64,000 bases of DNA from a virus. Its lineage: Duplodnaviria > Caudoviricetes. The first letter of the stretch is position 1, and each line of letters begins with the position of its first letter. Made by a program: the position numbers and the translations under genes. The DNA lies in IMG/VR virus record IMGVR_UViG_3300032294_001427, positions 54 through 64,053 of that record, one strand, 5' to 3'. Shown here piece after piece: positions 16,169 to 24,813 of the stretch. Below the pieces are notes generated by a model. That model ran no database searches. It worked only from the letters and a program-made list of their open reading frames with translations, and was not told the DNA's origin.

Positions 16169-16522
16169 TTACTTCCTCGTTCTCAACGATTCAAATAAAA
16201 TATCCCACTGTTCTTGTGGATTCATACCCGAATCAAACTGTTCAACATCGATATTGTCTGGAACCTTGAAGAAAATATCGGCGTAGGTGTAGTCAAAATC
16301 ATTGTCTCGATCATGGCTATACCACGGATGCCGCGACATTTCTTCAAAAACATCTTCGTATTCTTCACGGTTACCACCACCATTGCGAGTGTGGACAACG
16401 ATGTATCCATTCTCCATGTAGACATTACGGAATCGACCAAAGTCGGCACGAGTCTTACCCAACATTTCCAACAGCATATCACTGTCTGGATTCATTCCAA
16501 AAAGCATGTTATATAATGACAT
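16169..16522 (-). CDS. Conserved phage hypothetical protein
   Basis: TRNGGGNRE motif. Confidence 0.7.
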   Translation of the reverse strand: MSLYNMLFGMNPDSDMLLEMLGKTRADFGRFRNVYMENGYIVVHTRNGGGNREEYEDVFEEMSRHPWYSHDRDNDFDYTYADIFFKVPDNIDVEQFDSGMNPQEQWDILFESLRTRK

Positions 16523-16896
16523 TACGAAAACTCTCTTGAATTGAAACTGTAACCTTCTGGGTCATCCCAATCATATTCGGGATTGAACCAACCTTCCTTG
16601 CGACCTTCTTCGTTGTGCACCAAATTTTTGTGACCATCATATCGAACATAGTGTGGTGCCTTCTCGGTCTCAATATACTCTACAAACCAATTATAGTCAA
16701 CAGGTTCACGATACTCATTGTAAATCTTTTTGTCTTTCAGATAGTCCTTCCACTTTTGCCAAGTGGTCAGACCACCATATTTGTACCCACGGAATGAGAA
16801 TGCCCATCCCCAAGAAGATTTACCAATGTGGTACTTGTCATCATAACGCTTGCAGCATTCGCAAATGTTTTCGGCAACATAATAGTTGGTGCCCAT
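16522..16896 (-). CDS. Conserved phage hypothetical protein
   Basis: MGTNYY..HIGKSSxGWxF. Confidence 0.7.
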   Translation of the reverse strand: MGTNYYVAENICECCKRYDDKYHIGKSSWGWAFSFRGYKYGGLTTWQKWKDYLKDKKIYNEYREPVDYNWFVEYIETEKAPHYVRYDGHKNLVHNEEGRKEGWFNPEYDWDDPEGYSFNSREFS

Positions 16897-16910
16897 TATT
16901 CAATCCTCTA

Positions 16911-17933
16911 TCATCCACCCGTCTTCAGCAGCCACCGATTGCTGATGCTCTTGAAAGACGCACCGCCATCATTACGCTTAAACACCAATCCCTCGCGTTC
17001 AACATTATTGTTCAGTCTGCTCTTATCTTCAGCCCACGACAACACGGTAGCAACATCAAATGCACCCTTGAGATCTTGGTCGGAAGAAATGACAGGAACG
17101 TGGTTTAGACCCAATTCCTTTACAACCTGTCGGCGGCGTTCTGGCGCAAGGTATGCCCCATCAATAGCGTCGTAAATATCAAAGACAAAGAAGTCTTGGC
17201 CCTTGAGATTGTAGTGGTTCCCTTGGATACCCTCACCGATCAATTCACCCTGAATGGCAAGACCCCACATTTCGCGAGATCTCATCTTGGACTGAATCTC
17301 ATAACGGTCGGCGATCTTCCAATAGGTCACATCGGGATTATACCTCAAATCGAGATTACGGCTGCATGCATGGAGGTCGTTGTCAGCATCCAGATAGAAA
17401 GTGCAACTTGTACCATCCAATTTTTCAGTCAATTCCCATGGTGCATCGCTCTTGCTCCACTCGGCAAGTTCGTTGACAAGATTCTGTATACGTTCTTGAT
17501 CAGTCTTGCGAACAATGCTGGGAAACATGCCACAGACCTCTCCAGCCAACTGGGCAGGAATCGGTGGCTCATACTTTTGAATACCGAGCAATTCGGTGAC
17601 ATCAGAACCCTCGGTGAGAGGAAGTTCCTGTTGCCCCAAAACAGCGGTCGGAAGAAGAAGCCCTTGACTCAACTGCCCCCGCAGTCGAACGGTGCGCAGA
17701 CGCTCACCCTTGACACCATTGTATTCTCTGGGTTCACGCCCCTTACTGAGAAAGGGAGCAAGAGCATCGGGGATCCAACTGTCGATCTCGCAGTAGACGA
17801 CAAGATCGCCGACAGCATATTCGCCCTTCTTGACGACCACAGACCATCCACCAATGGTGGCACATTCAATCGCATCAGCACCCGCGATGGGGTTGATGTT
17901 ATCTATTTTCCGAATAGTAGCAAGTTTACGCAT
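16911..17933 (-). CDS. ATP-dependent RNA ligase, DRB0094/Rnl5 family with N-terminal OB domain
   Basis: TEKLDGTS motif I, QGELIG, FDI, EGLVFK, SFKSIS; N-terminal MRKLATIR..LRGQLSQGL. Confidence 0.9.
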   Translation of the reverse strand: MRKLATIRKIDNINPIAGADAIECATIGGWSVVVKKGEYAVGDLVVYCEIDSWIPDALAPFLSKGREPREYNGVKGERLRTVRLRGQLSQGLLLPTAVLGQQELPLTEGSDVTELLGIQKYEPPIPAQLAGEVCGMFPSIVRKTDQERIQNLVNELAEWSKSDAPWELTEKLDGTSCTFYLDADNDLHACSRNLDLRYNPDVTYWKIADRYEIQSKMRSREMWGLAIQGELIGEGIQGNHYNLKGQDFFVFDIYDAIDGAYLAPERRRQVVKELGLNHVPVISSDQDLKGAFDVATVLSWAEDKSRLNNNVEREGLVFKRNDGGASFKSISNRWLLKTGG

Positions 17934-17934
17934 T

Positions 17935-18192
17935 TCAATCCCTCATTCGTCTAACCAAAATTTCGGCAATTTCTTTGGCAAAAGTTTTGGCTGTTTGATT
18001 AATGGTTTCTTTGTCACCGCGAACGTGAGCGATCATCATCCACGTATCTGCAAGTCTTTCGCAATCATCAGGGAACCGATCCCAGGTAAAGGTAGGACCA
18101 CGATACTTGGGATTATTAAACATGGCAAACTGGCCCGCTACATTAGCATAACAGATATTGGCTATCTGCATTCTCTTTTTCTCAGAAATCAT
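17935..18192 (-). CDS. Hypothetical protein
   Basis: ORF with GGAG RBS. Confidence 0.55.
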   Translation of the reverse strand: MISEKKRMQIANICYANVAGQFAMFNNPKYRGPTFTWDRFPDDCERLADTWMMIAHVRGDKETINQTAKTFAKEIAEILVRRMRD

Positions 18193-18262
18193 ATCTCAAC
18201 TCCTAGTTTGTTTAACACTTGTTCTTAGTGAACGTGTTCCCATTTCAATCGCTCCTTTAAAG

Positions 18263-18436
18263 TCAACCGTTAAATCCGATGCTGGCTTCAAGTGCCTCTA
18301 GCAAGTCTTCATCTGACATTTCGTCGAGTTCCTCACTGTTCACGATGTACTCATCACAGTCAAAGTAACGAGGAATGCCTTCACCGCCAGAATCTTCGAT
18401 GAGAGCCGCAAGGCGTTGAATAACAAGATTACGCAT
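18263..18436 (-). CDS. Small acidic protein (57 aa, not in ORF track)
   Basis: AAAGGAGA RBS; MRNLVIQRLAALIEDSGGEG. Confidence 0.55.
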   Translation of the reverse strand: MRNLVIQRLAALIEDSGGEGIPRYFDCDEYIVNSEELDEMSDEDLLEALEASIGFNG

Positions 18437-18594
18437 AATATATCTCCTTTTAAATTCCCCAGACTTCTTTTTCCAGAATCTCTGTGAGACACCACTTCTT
18501 TACAAGATTTCTGTGAAGTTCTGCAGCCTCTCGGTTGCTGAACACACCATCAACCTTACCGTTTTTCATGACGATATAGACCACGTTTTGCATC

Positions 18595-19014
18595 TTAAGC
18601 ACCCGTCCACTTGTGGTCAACATAAGAACTCGGATCTAGCACATTACCGCGAGCAAAATTCTTCGCGGGTGCAGCCCAACCAGCAGCCTTCAGAATGTCA
18701 CCAAACTGAAACTTGCCGTGCGGCTGAATACAAATGAAACTGTGCACCGAAGTCGAACCCCAAGAAGTCTTCACAACCCTGATGAACTTGCGACCACGGT
18801 CGAATGTCACATCAAACTTGTTGTTGTGAACGTTTTTATTCCACTTGTTGTAGTCTGCCTTCAGATGATCAGCATACATCGTCAGTGCGATGTCGAGATC
18901 GTATTCGGGCATAACCTTCGGTGCAGTGTCAGTTTCGCGAGCGAGAATCACATCCAACCTCGCCTGAAGTGTACGGATGTCGTTTTGAATTTCACGAATC
19001 TTTTGAATGTCCAT
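18595..19014 (-). CDS. Conserved T4-like phage protein
   Basis: GRKFIRV..SVHSF..GDILKAAGWAAPAKNFARGN. Confidence 0.75.
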   Translation of the reverse strand: MDIQKIREIQNDIRTLQARLDVILARETDTAPKVMPEYDLDIALTMYADHLKADYNKWNKNVHNNKFDVTFDRGRKFIRVVKTSWGSTSVHSFICIQPHGKFQFGDILKAAGWAAPAKNFARGNVLDPSSYVDHKWTGA

Positions 19015-19388
19015 TAGTAATCCGCCCTCACAGAACCAGAAAGATAACCATAGCGAACACCGAGGCAATACTCAAGATGCTCGACGCTGCCGCTGGTGTC
19101 ATACGCATCATGGAGGTAACGCAGAGCGTCCTCACGAGTGCAGCCACGAACGGTCTGCATCATCGACTCGATGCGCCCCTCAACCGAAGCCTCGGCTGCG
19201 AGTTGCTGTTCTCGCTCACGAGCAGCCTCAGACTCAGCCGTGGCAATGAGACTGTCCCAAATCTGCTGCTTTTTGTCAGCAGTGGCAAGATTCCAGCCAG
19301 ACCAGAATTCTTCGCGAGGACGGAAACCATAAGCGTCCTTGTAGAGGTCTGAGAGAATATCTTCGTCGAAGGTATACTGAGTCGTCAT
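19014..19388 (-). CDS. Conserved T4-like early protein
   Basis: SDLYKDAYGFRPR; AAGGAG RBS. Confidence 0.75.
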   Translation of the reverse strand: MTTQYTFDEDILSDLYKDAYGFRPREEFWSGWNLATADKKQQIWDSLIATAESEAAREREQQLAAEASVEGRIESMMQTVRGCTREDALRYLHDAYDTSGSVEHLEYCLGVRYGYLSGSVRADY

Positions 19389-19420
19389 TTAAAACTCCTT
19401 AACCGCGTTTCGATATAGTT

Positions 19421-19480
19421 AGTATCGCGCATTTCGGAAAAAAACGCAACACCAAAAACCCGAATAGAATCAATCAGTTA
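19421..19480 (-). promoter_or_regulatory. Early promoter with IHF-consensus site
   Basis: TTGCGT-17-GATACT; AATCAATCAGTTA at 19468-19480. Confidence 0.65.
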
Positions 19481-19682
19481 CGGTGACAGAAAAATCCTTG
19501 TCTTTGGTCAGGTGAATCCATCGATCTTTATCGACGCCGCCGCTAACAGGCGCAACCCTAACCCAAGGACCACTGTCGGAACTGAAGGCCACACTGTCGC
19601 GAGTATCCAGAACTTTCCACTCAGTTCCGAGTTCCCGCACCCTGTTTTTACCCTTTTGGGTTTTACCTTGAAGGAATATCAT
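19470..19682 (-). CDS. Small hypothetical protein
   Basis: KTQKGKNRV motif; similar in pattern to 26611-26808. Confidence 0.6.
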   Translation of the reverse strand: MIFLQGKTQKGKNRVRELGTEWKVLDTRDSVAFSSDSGPWVRVAPVSGGVDKDRWIHLTKDKDFSVTVTD

Positions 19683-19691
19683 AATATCACC

Positions 19692-19751
19692 ATTATCGCC
19701 TTTTTCGGTGCAAAACGCAATAGGAAAAACTCTAACAGAATCAATGACTTA
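19692..19751 (-). promoter_or_regulatory. Early promoter with IHF-consensus site
   Basis: TTGCGT-17-GATAAT; AATCAATGACTTA at 19739-19751. Confidence 0.7.
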
Positions 19752-19848
19752 CGCCATCGCGCTCTCGCCGAGGAGAAAGCCGATAGAGCGGTTCTATATG
19801 GGGTGGGGATAAGGGTAGGGGTATATAGCGAGAGCCGCCCAGAGACGT

Positions 19849-20028
19849 TCAGCGGCTGTCCTGCTCCCAATCATGAGACCAATCTTCTTCTTCCAAGAGA
19901 TCATCAGCGGTCTCTTGGTTGGGGTTGAATTTCCAGCGAGTCTCTTCTTTCAAACGACGCTGCTTCAATCCTTCGCTGTTCCGACTGTAATCGCGGTCAC
20001 GGAACTCATGCTTCTTCTTCGTTGCCAT
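19849..20028 (-). CDS. Small basic/acidic protein (59 aa, not in ORF track)
   Basis: MATKKKHEFRDRD..EEEDWSHDWEQDSR. Confidence 0.55.
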   Translation of the reverse strand: MATKKKHEFRDRDYSRNSEGLKQRRLKEETRWKFNPNQETADDLLEEEDWSHDWEQDSR

Positions 20029-20052
20029 TTTATTTACTCAACTGCTCCTGTG

Positions 20053-20814
20053 TTAAAAAGTGCCCATGATGTCGTAGTACTCATCCTTCAGAGTTGCTTC
20101 GTGCCATTCTTCTGGATCGTAGTGTTTGTATTTTTTGGTTGTCGTTACTTCTTGGTTTTCTTTCAGAGTTGTCTTCTCGAAATGATTTACCAATGAATTT
20201 ATGTTGTTGTTCAACTCTTGATGCTGCTGATCGGTTGCAGTTTTGTGATCGATAGAGTTGTCAAGTTCGTGATAATTTTCTCCAAACATCTTCTTGTAGT
20301 GTCCTCTTGAATCGTTAACATCGTTCCAAATTTTGTTTCTTATATGTTCTGGTACAGTTCTACCGCCGCGCTGTCCACGAGAAATATTTCTCTGTCTTGA
20401 TGTCTCGTTATCAACATGCACCATTACCATGTGTGTAGCGTAACCCAAGGATTCCAGATATCTTTTGGTGTTGTGTATTTCTTCTGGGTCGCGACTGGTT
20501 CCATTAACAACGACTGGATCTCCGCGATTTATAGCCTCGCGCATTTTTCTTTGAGTCACTTTTTTAGCGCGATCCCTCAACACATTACGTTGCGCTTCTT
20601 CTTCCTGTGGCATCTTCATGTTCAAGCCATGTTTTCTCATGAGATGTTCAAATGCATCATCCGAATCTATTACACGGAATCCCATACCACGCAGTGGCTT
20701 TGCGATTGTATTCTTACCGCCCCCTGGCGGACCGCCCAAAAATATTACATGTTTTCCAGGCGAGCGTTCACTTTCTTGAATGAATTGTCTAAAAGTGCGA
20801 ATAGAATTGTTCAT
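20053..20814 (-). CDS. Zeta-toxin-like P-loop kinase with capsid-targeting-like N-terminus
   Basis: GGPPGGGKN Walker A, IDSDD, VNGT, RGGRTVPE; N-terminal RTFRQFIQE. Confidence 0.75.
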   Translation of the reverse strand: MNNSIRTFRQFIQESERSPGKHVIFLGGPPGGGKNTIAKPLRGMGFRVIDSDDAFEHLMRKHGLNMKMPQEEEAQRNVLRDRAKKVTQRKMREAINRGDPVVVNGTSRDPEEIHNTKRYLESLGYATHMVMVHVDNETSRQRNISRGQRGGRTVPEHIRNKIWNDVNDSRGHYKKMFGENYHELDNSIDHKTATDQQHQELNNNINSLVNHFEKTTLKENQEVTTTKKYKHYDPEEWHEATLKDEYYDIMGTF

Positions 20815-21338
20815 TTTTGTTCTTCTTTTAATTTGTTGCAAAAGATCTTGTACAAACCGTATTCCATTCCATACGCTGCAACTTCCCACGGAGAGAAGTA
20901 ATACTTCTCCTCTTCCTGATGGTGAGATGCGTCATATAGCGTTCCCTTAAAACGAACGTCGCCATTTACATAGTCAAAAATTTCGTTATTCAAATATTGG
21001 GATACGTGTACCATCTCATGACCGAGATCAATCAACAATTGCTTCAGTCTTGTCTGAGGTTTCTTGCCCTTTAGATTGATACGCCTGTAATTTAGGACAA
21101 CAGTAAATTTCTTTTTGTTCAATTCGTCCAATCCATCATACGTCACCCACGCCTTGTACTTCTTCAAATCAAGAAGATCTGCGGCGTCTTTGATTTCTTG
21201 TTCGCCAAGAACCTTGATGGTGACACGCGACTTGTTCTGGATTCCACGGCGAACCAGTCGATCCAGAACAAATCGTGCGTACTTGCGAACCATCGCAATA
21301 TCTTTGGACGTTAGGTAATTGCTGGTGACTGCAATCAT
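20811..21338 (-). CDS. Putative metallopeptidase
   Basis: HEMVH zinc motif and PWEVAAY. Confidence 0.7.
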   Translation of the reverse strand: MIAVTSNYLTSKDIAMVRKYARFVLDRLVRRGIQNKSRVTIKVLGEQEIKDAADLLDLKKYKAWVTYDGLDELNKKKFTVVLNYRRINLKGKKPQTRLKQLLIDLGHEMVHVSQYLNNEIFDYVNGDVRFKGTLYDASHHQEEEKYYFSPWEVAAYGMEYGLYKIFCNKLKEEQK

Positions 21339-21345
21339 TAGAACC

Positions 21346-22449
21346 CTATTCTACACGTAGAAGAACTGTATCCCCGTTGATTCTGCCGCTCATTTCAACA
21401 GCCTTGGAATTGATTTCGCTCATGACCTTACGGAGAACGACCTTTCCACCATCCAAGACTCTAGACAACACATCCTTTGGCTTTCGGAGAGTTTTGCTCA
21501 CCGATTCACCATATTTATAATTCAAGATAGATGAGCCTTTGACATCCAAACCAGCAGCATCTGCTGCCACATAGACGCCCAGTTTGCGGGTCTTAACGTT
21601 GTAAACCCACAACTTCTCAGCACCCACGATCTTCACGGGGTCAATTGAGACCAACTTGTTATCGATATCGTCCTTCTTGTACTTGAGGTTCTTGATCTTC
21701 TTTTCGAAGGAGATAGGCTTCTTCTTGCGAGGCTTGCGTGCAGCACTCTTGTTCGAAGCAAGTTTCTCAGCATCGGTTGCAACAAGACCGAAAAACTTCG
21801 CAGCCTCGATCATTTCTTTGCGAGGACGCGGGTAGGACTCGCGCACATATTCATCCTTAGATTCAATGTCTGCGATCCAATCGGATGCTCGCTTCTTGAA
21901 GTATTCCGCGATCTTTGTAGCGTGCATAGGCTTCACTTCGTTCTCAACCATCCAAGTATAAGGAACGAAGTTTTCCTCGGAACCCCTGTGCCAAACCTCG
22001 TCAAACTTGGCTTCAAGTTGCATGATGAAATAATCGACTTTTCCTTGCATTCGCTCTTGAATCGAGATGACATTGTTAGAATCTCGATCCACGGGTGTGT
22101 CGAGATTCTTTTCACGAACAATTTGATTAAGCCGCGCATGGAATTCAACCAGCCGCAACTGGAAATTGTCCAGAGTATTTTGCGGCACATTTGCGCCACG
22201 AGTGATGCAGCGAGCCAGCCAACCGTCAACGATATTCCAAGACAAACTCAGATGTTCCGCCGCCCGCTTCTGTGGTGCGGTCAATTGGTTATTTGACAAC
22301 AGATAATCGACCAGATACTTACGAGCATCAGCCGATTGCTTGTTTTGATTGTACCATTGAAATGCGTGGACGAGATTAAACTGGCTGCAAGGCTCAGTCT
22401 GCTTTTCCCAGATGGGTTCGGGAACAACCTTTGGTATGAACTTTGCCAT
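21346..22449 (-). CDS. Conserved T4-like phage hypothetical protein
   Basis: IVGAEKLWVYNVKTRKLGVY..KTLRKP..GRIN. Confidence 0.75.
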   Translation of the reverse strand: MAKFIPKVVPEPIWEKQTEPCSQFNLVHAFQWYNQNKQSADARKYLVDYLLSNNQLTAPQKRAAEHLSLSWNIVDGWLARCITRGANVPQNTLDNFQLRLVEFHARLNQIVREKNLDTPVDRDSNNVISIQERMQGKVDYFIMQLEAKFDEVWHRGSEENFVPYTWMVENEVKPMHATKIAEYFKKRASDWIADIESKDEYVRESYPRPRKEMIEAAKFFGLVATDAEKLASNKSAARKPRKKKPISFEKKIKNLKYKKDDIDNKLVSIDPVKIVGAEKLWVYNVKTRKLGVYVAADAAGLDVKGSSILNYKYGESVSKTLRKPKDVLSRVLDGGKVVLRKVMSEINSKAVEMSGRINGDTVLLRVE

Positions 22450-22456
22450 AGAAAAT

Positions 22457-22485
22457 ATTATGCCTCAGCAAGAATTAAAAGTCAA
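22457..22485 (-). promoter_or_regulatory. sigma70 promoter
   Basis: TTGACT-17-CATAAT just upstream of a near-leaderless ORF. Confidence 0.65.
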
Positions 22486-22515
22486 GCAATATTTAAAGCA
22501 ATCAATCAAGAGCGC

Positions 22516-22854
22516 CTATCGGTATTCGCTGCGCCAATTCTTCTCAAGTTTCTTGAGTTCTTCTGGGCTGTAATCCAAGTATTTGCTCTCTTCGTGGTTC
22601 CAATGGCGGATGTCATAGAAAGTTACGAAGATAAACCTATGCAAAAAATACAATCTGATGCGCACTCCAGCGTGGTTATTTCTTATAGTCCAATTGAATG
22701 AAAATCCTAGCAGTTCATCAATGCCATTTTCTACCTGTACTTCGAATGCTTTGTTCTTGAACAAACGCCATGCGTTGTAGAAATAAGAACGATGCTGCTG
22801 GTACTTATACCAAGGATTGCTGATTGAAAAATTTAGATCTATCATGTTATTCAA
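22516..22854 (-). CDS. Hypothetical protein
   Basis: HAG..YDIRHWN motif. Confidence 0.65.
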   Translation of the reverse strand: MNNMIDLNFSISNPWYKYQQHRSYFYNAWRLFKNKAFEVQVENGIDELLGFSFNWTIRNNHAGVRIRLYFLHRFIFVTFYDIRHWNHEESKYLDYSPEELKKLEKNWRSEYR

Positions 22855-23110
22855 CTCCGTACTGGATCTTGAATGTTCCTATCAACTCAGCCAAGATTTC
22901 TTCTTTCGCTGCGCATCGGATGTAGTATTCTATGTCTTGGTATGTAGACGGCTCAGCATAGTATCCGCGCTCACGCTCCAATTCAGACAACACATCCTTG
23001 ATGAGCAATTCGGCGAACTTCTCATAGTCAAACTCTCTACGGCTACCATATTCATAACTACCAATCTCAATATCACATTGTGAGACCAGTTTTTTAATTA
23101 GTTCGTTCAT
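22847..23110 (-). CDS. KFAELL family protein
   Basis: Divergent paralog of the MNERI family. Confidence 0.65.
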   Translation of the reverse strand: MNELIKKLVSQCDIEIGSYEYGSRREFDYEKFAELLIKDVLSELERERGYYAEPSTYQDIEYYIRCAAKEEILAELIGTFKIQYGVE

Positions 23111-23113
23111 TCT

Positions 23114-23350
23114 TCAACTCCAAATCATTTTAGATACCCATGGTGCCCATGGTGGGCATTGCTCCCATTCCTCTTTGCTTATACTCGCAACTACAGACAA
23201 TTTCATTCCATACTCCGTTCCTGGAATATTTCTCTCGCACAGCCGCCAGACACCGTTATCTTGAACGGCTTTTACTGCAAGATATTTTCCAGAATGCCAC
23301 ACTAATTTTGTTTCTTCACAGAATACCCAATGAGTCCATTTTTTCATCAC
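23114..23350 (-). CDS. Hypothetical protein
   Basis: ORF in operon. Confidence 0.5.
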   Translation of the reverse strand: MMKKWTHWVFCEETKLVWHSGKYLAVKAVQDNGVWRLCERNIPGTEYGMKLSVVASISKEEWEQCPPWAPWVSKMIWS

Positions 23351-23643
23351 TCAACTCCAAAATGTTCTTTAATTCTTTTTGCTAGATTCTCGCCGCATGA
23401 TTTTGTAGTCAAGTCCTGCAAAGTAAATTTACAAGATTCACGAATCACGTTCAAATCAAGAATAGAAACATTTTCATTGATACAAACATCAGCACATTCC
23501 TTCACAATCAACTCGGTAAATTTTTCAACAAAGCAATCTGGAATATACATTTTAGCCAATTCATCGTCCAATAGTTCGTTGCCAGTGACAATATCAACAG
23601 ACTTGATAGCATGTTCAGTAAGTTGTTTAATTCGTTCGTTCAT
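23347..23643 (-). CDS. MNERI..KFTELIVKEC..HFGVE family protein
   Basis: Shared motifs across paralogs. Confidence 0.7.
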   Translation of the reverse strand: MNERIKQLTEHAIKSVDIVTGNELLDDELAKMYIPDCFVEKFTELIVKECADVCINENVSILDLNVIRESCKFTLQDLTTKSCGENLAKRIKEHFGVE

Positions 23644-23799
23644 TATTTGAACTCCAGTGTCTTCTTTAGTTCAATAAGTTCTTTGGCCAGTTTGTCATAG
23701 TCGCTCTTTCGAACAAACTTAATATATTTTGAGGTTGCTACACTGGTCACAGCGGGGATCCAAATTTTCCAAATTTTTGGTCTCATTCTTCAACTCCCA

Positions 23800-24711
23800 T
23801 TAAGCAGCGTTACGGAAGCAGGTCTGCTTCGCCAACTTCTGCCAGTTTACCTTATCCATCTTATACAGAGTGGAAATCTTCAGGACCATACGCAGAGACA
23901 ACTCGCGCAGCCGATCCATGTTGTTTTCGATGAACTGCAGGATCAGAATCGTCTCCGATTCATCCATACCATTCTTGCGCAACATGCCAGCACGCACGAC
24001 CTGCTTGATGCGGACAATGTAATCCATCTTCGTCTTCATCGCAAGATCAAGATAGTGCGAGCGAGAAACAAGAGCCTCGAAGTGCGGAGCCAACTTGTTG
24101 CCCGAAGCGATCATCGCGTCGAAGTCATAGTTCGTGATGAAGATGATTGAACCTTCAAACGCAAACTTCTCGGGGATGCTTTCACCATCCTGACCTTCCT
24201 CGCGCTCAAGAGAGCGCGAGAGCCAGTGCAGAACGCGACGGTCGGTCGAGTCACACGCACCCTTCAACAAGTTCATGCTAACGTCATCGTAGAACACCGA
24301 GTCCGAGTCGTCGAACACAATCACAGACTTCGGCTGACGGTTTTCGTACAGCAACTTGTACAGGGCAAGCGGACGAACATAACCCTTGATGTAGGTGATG
24401 TTGTGGCCCTTCTTTTCGAGTTCAGCCATCTTTTGCTCGACAGTAAAAGACTTACCGAGGCCAGCGGGACCAGAAACGATCAGAGCACGATTGACGCCGC
24501 AGCCCGTCGCCTCAGACATAATCTCAAGAGCCTCAAATCGATCCTTGAGTTTGGCTTCAATTTCAGAAACCGTCTCTACTTTGGCGGGAGGGAAAAACTG
24601 AGGCAGATTCTGCCCCATGTTGGGGACAACAAAGGTCTTACCGCTAGTGTTGGCAATTCCGAGACGCTTGCGGGTCATACGGAAACCATTCTTGGGGACT
24701 CCACGAGGCAT
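23800..24711 (-). CDS. AAA-type P-loop ATPase
   Basis: GPAGLGKS Walker A; IVFDDSD Walker B; IFITN; ALVSRS. Confidence 0.85.
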   Translation of the reverse strand: MPRGVPKNGFRMTRKRLGIANTSGKTFVVPNMGQNLPQFFPPAKVETVSEIEAKLKDRFEALEIMSEATGCGVNRALIVSGPAGLGKSFTVEQKMAELEKKGHNITYIKGYVRPLALYKLLYENRQPKSVIVFDDSDSVFYDDVSMNLLKGACDSTDRRVLHWLSRSLEREEGQDGESIPEKFAFEGSIIFITNYDFDAMIASGNKLAPHFEALVSRSHYLDLAMKTKMDYIVRIKQVVRAGMLRKNGMDESETILILQFIENNMDRLRELSLRMVLKISTLYKMDKVNWQKLAKQTCFRNAA

Positions 24712-24746
24712 GATTATTTACCTACCTTGTTAATCACTATAAGAAT

Positions 24747-24806
24747 ATTATGCCTGATTCTTGCTAAAAACGCAACAGGAAAAACTCTAATAAAATCAAT
24801 AACTTA
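24747..24806 (-). promoter_or_regulatory. Early promoter with IHF-consensus site
   Basis: TTGCGT-17-CATAAT; AATCAATAACTTA at 24794-24806. Confidence 0.7.
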
Positions 24807-24813
24807 CGCAATG

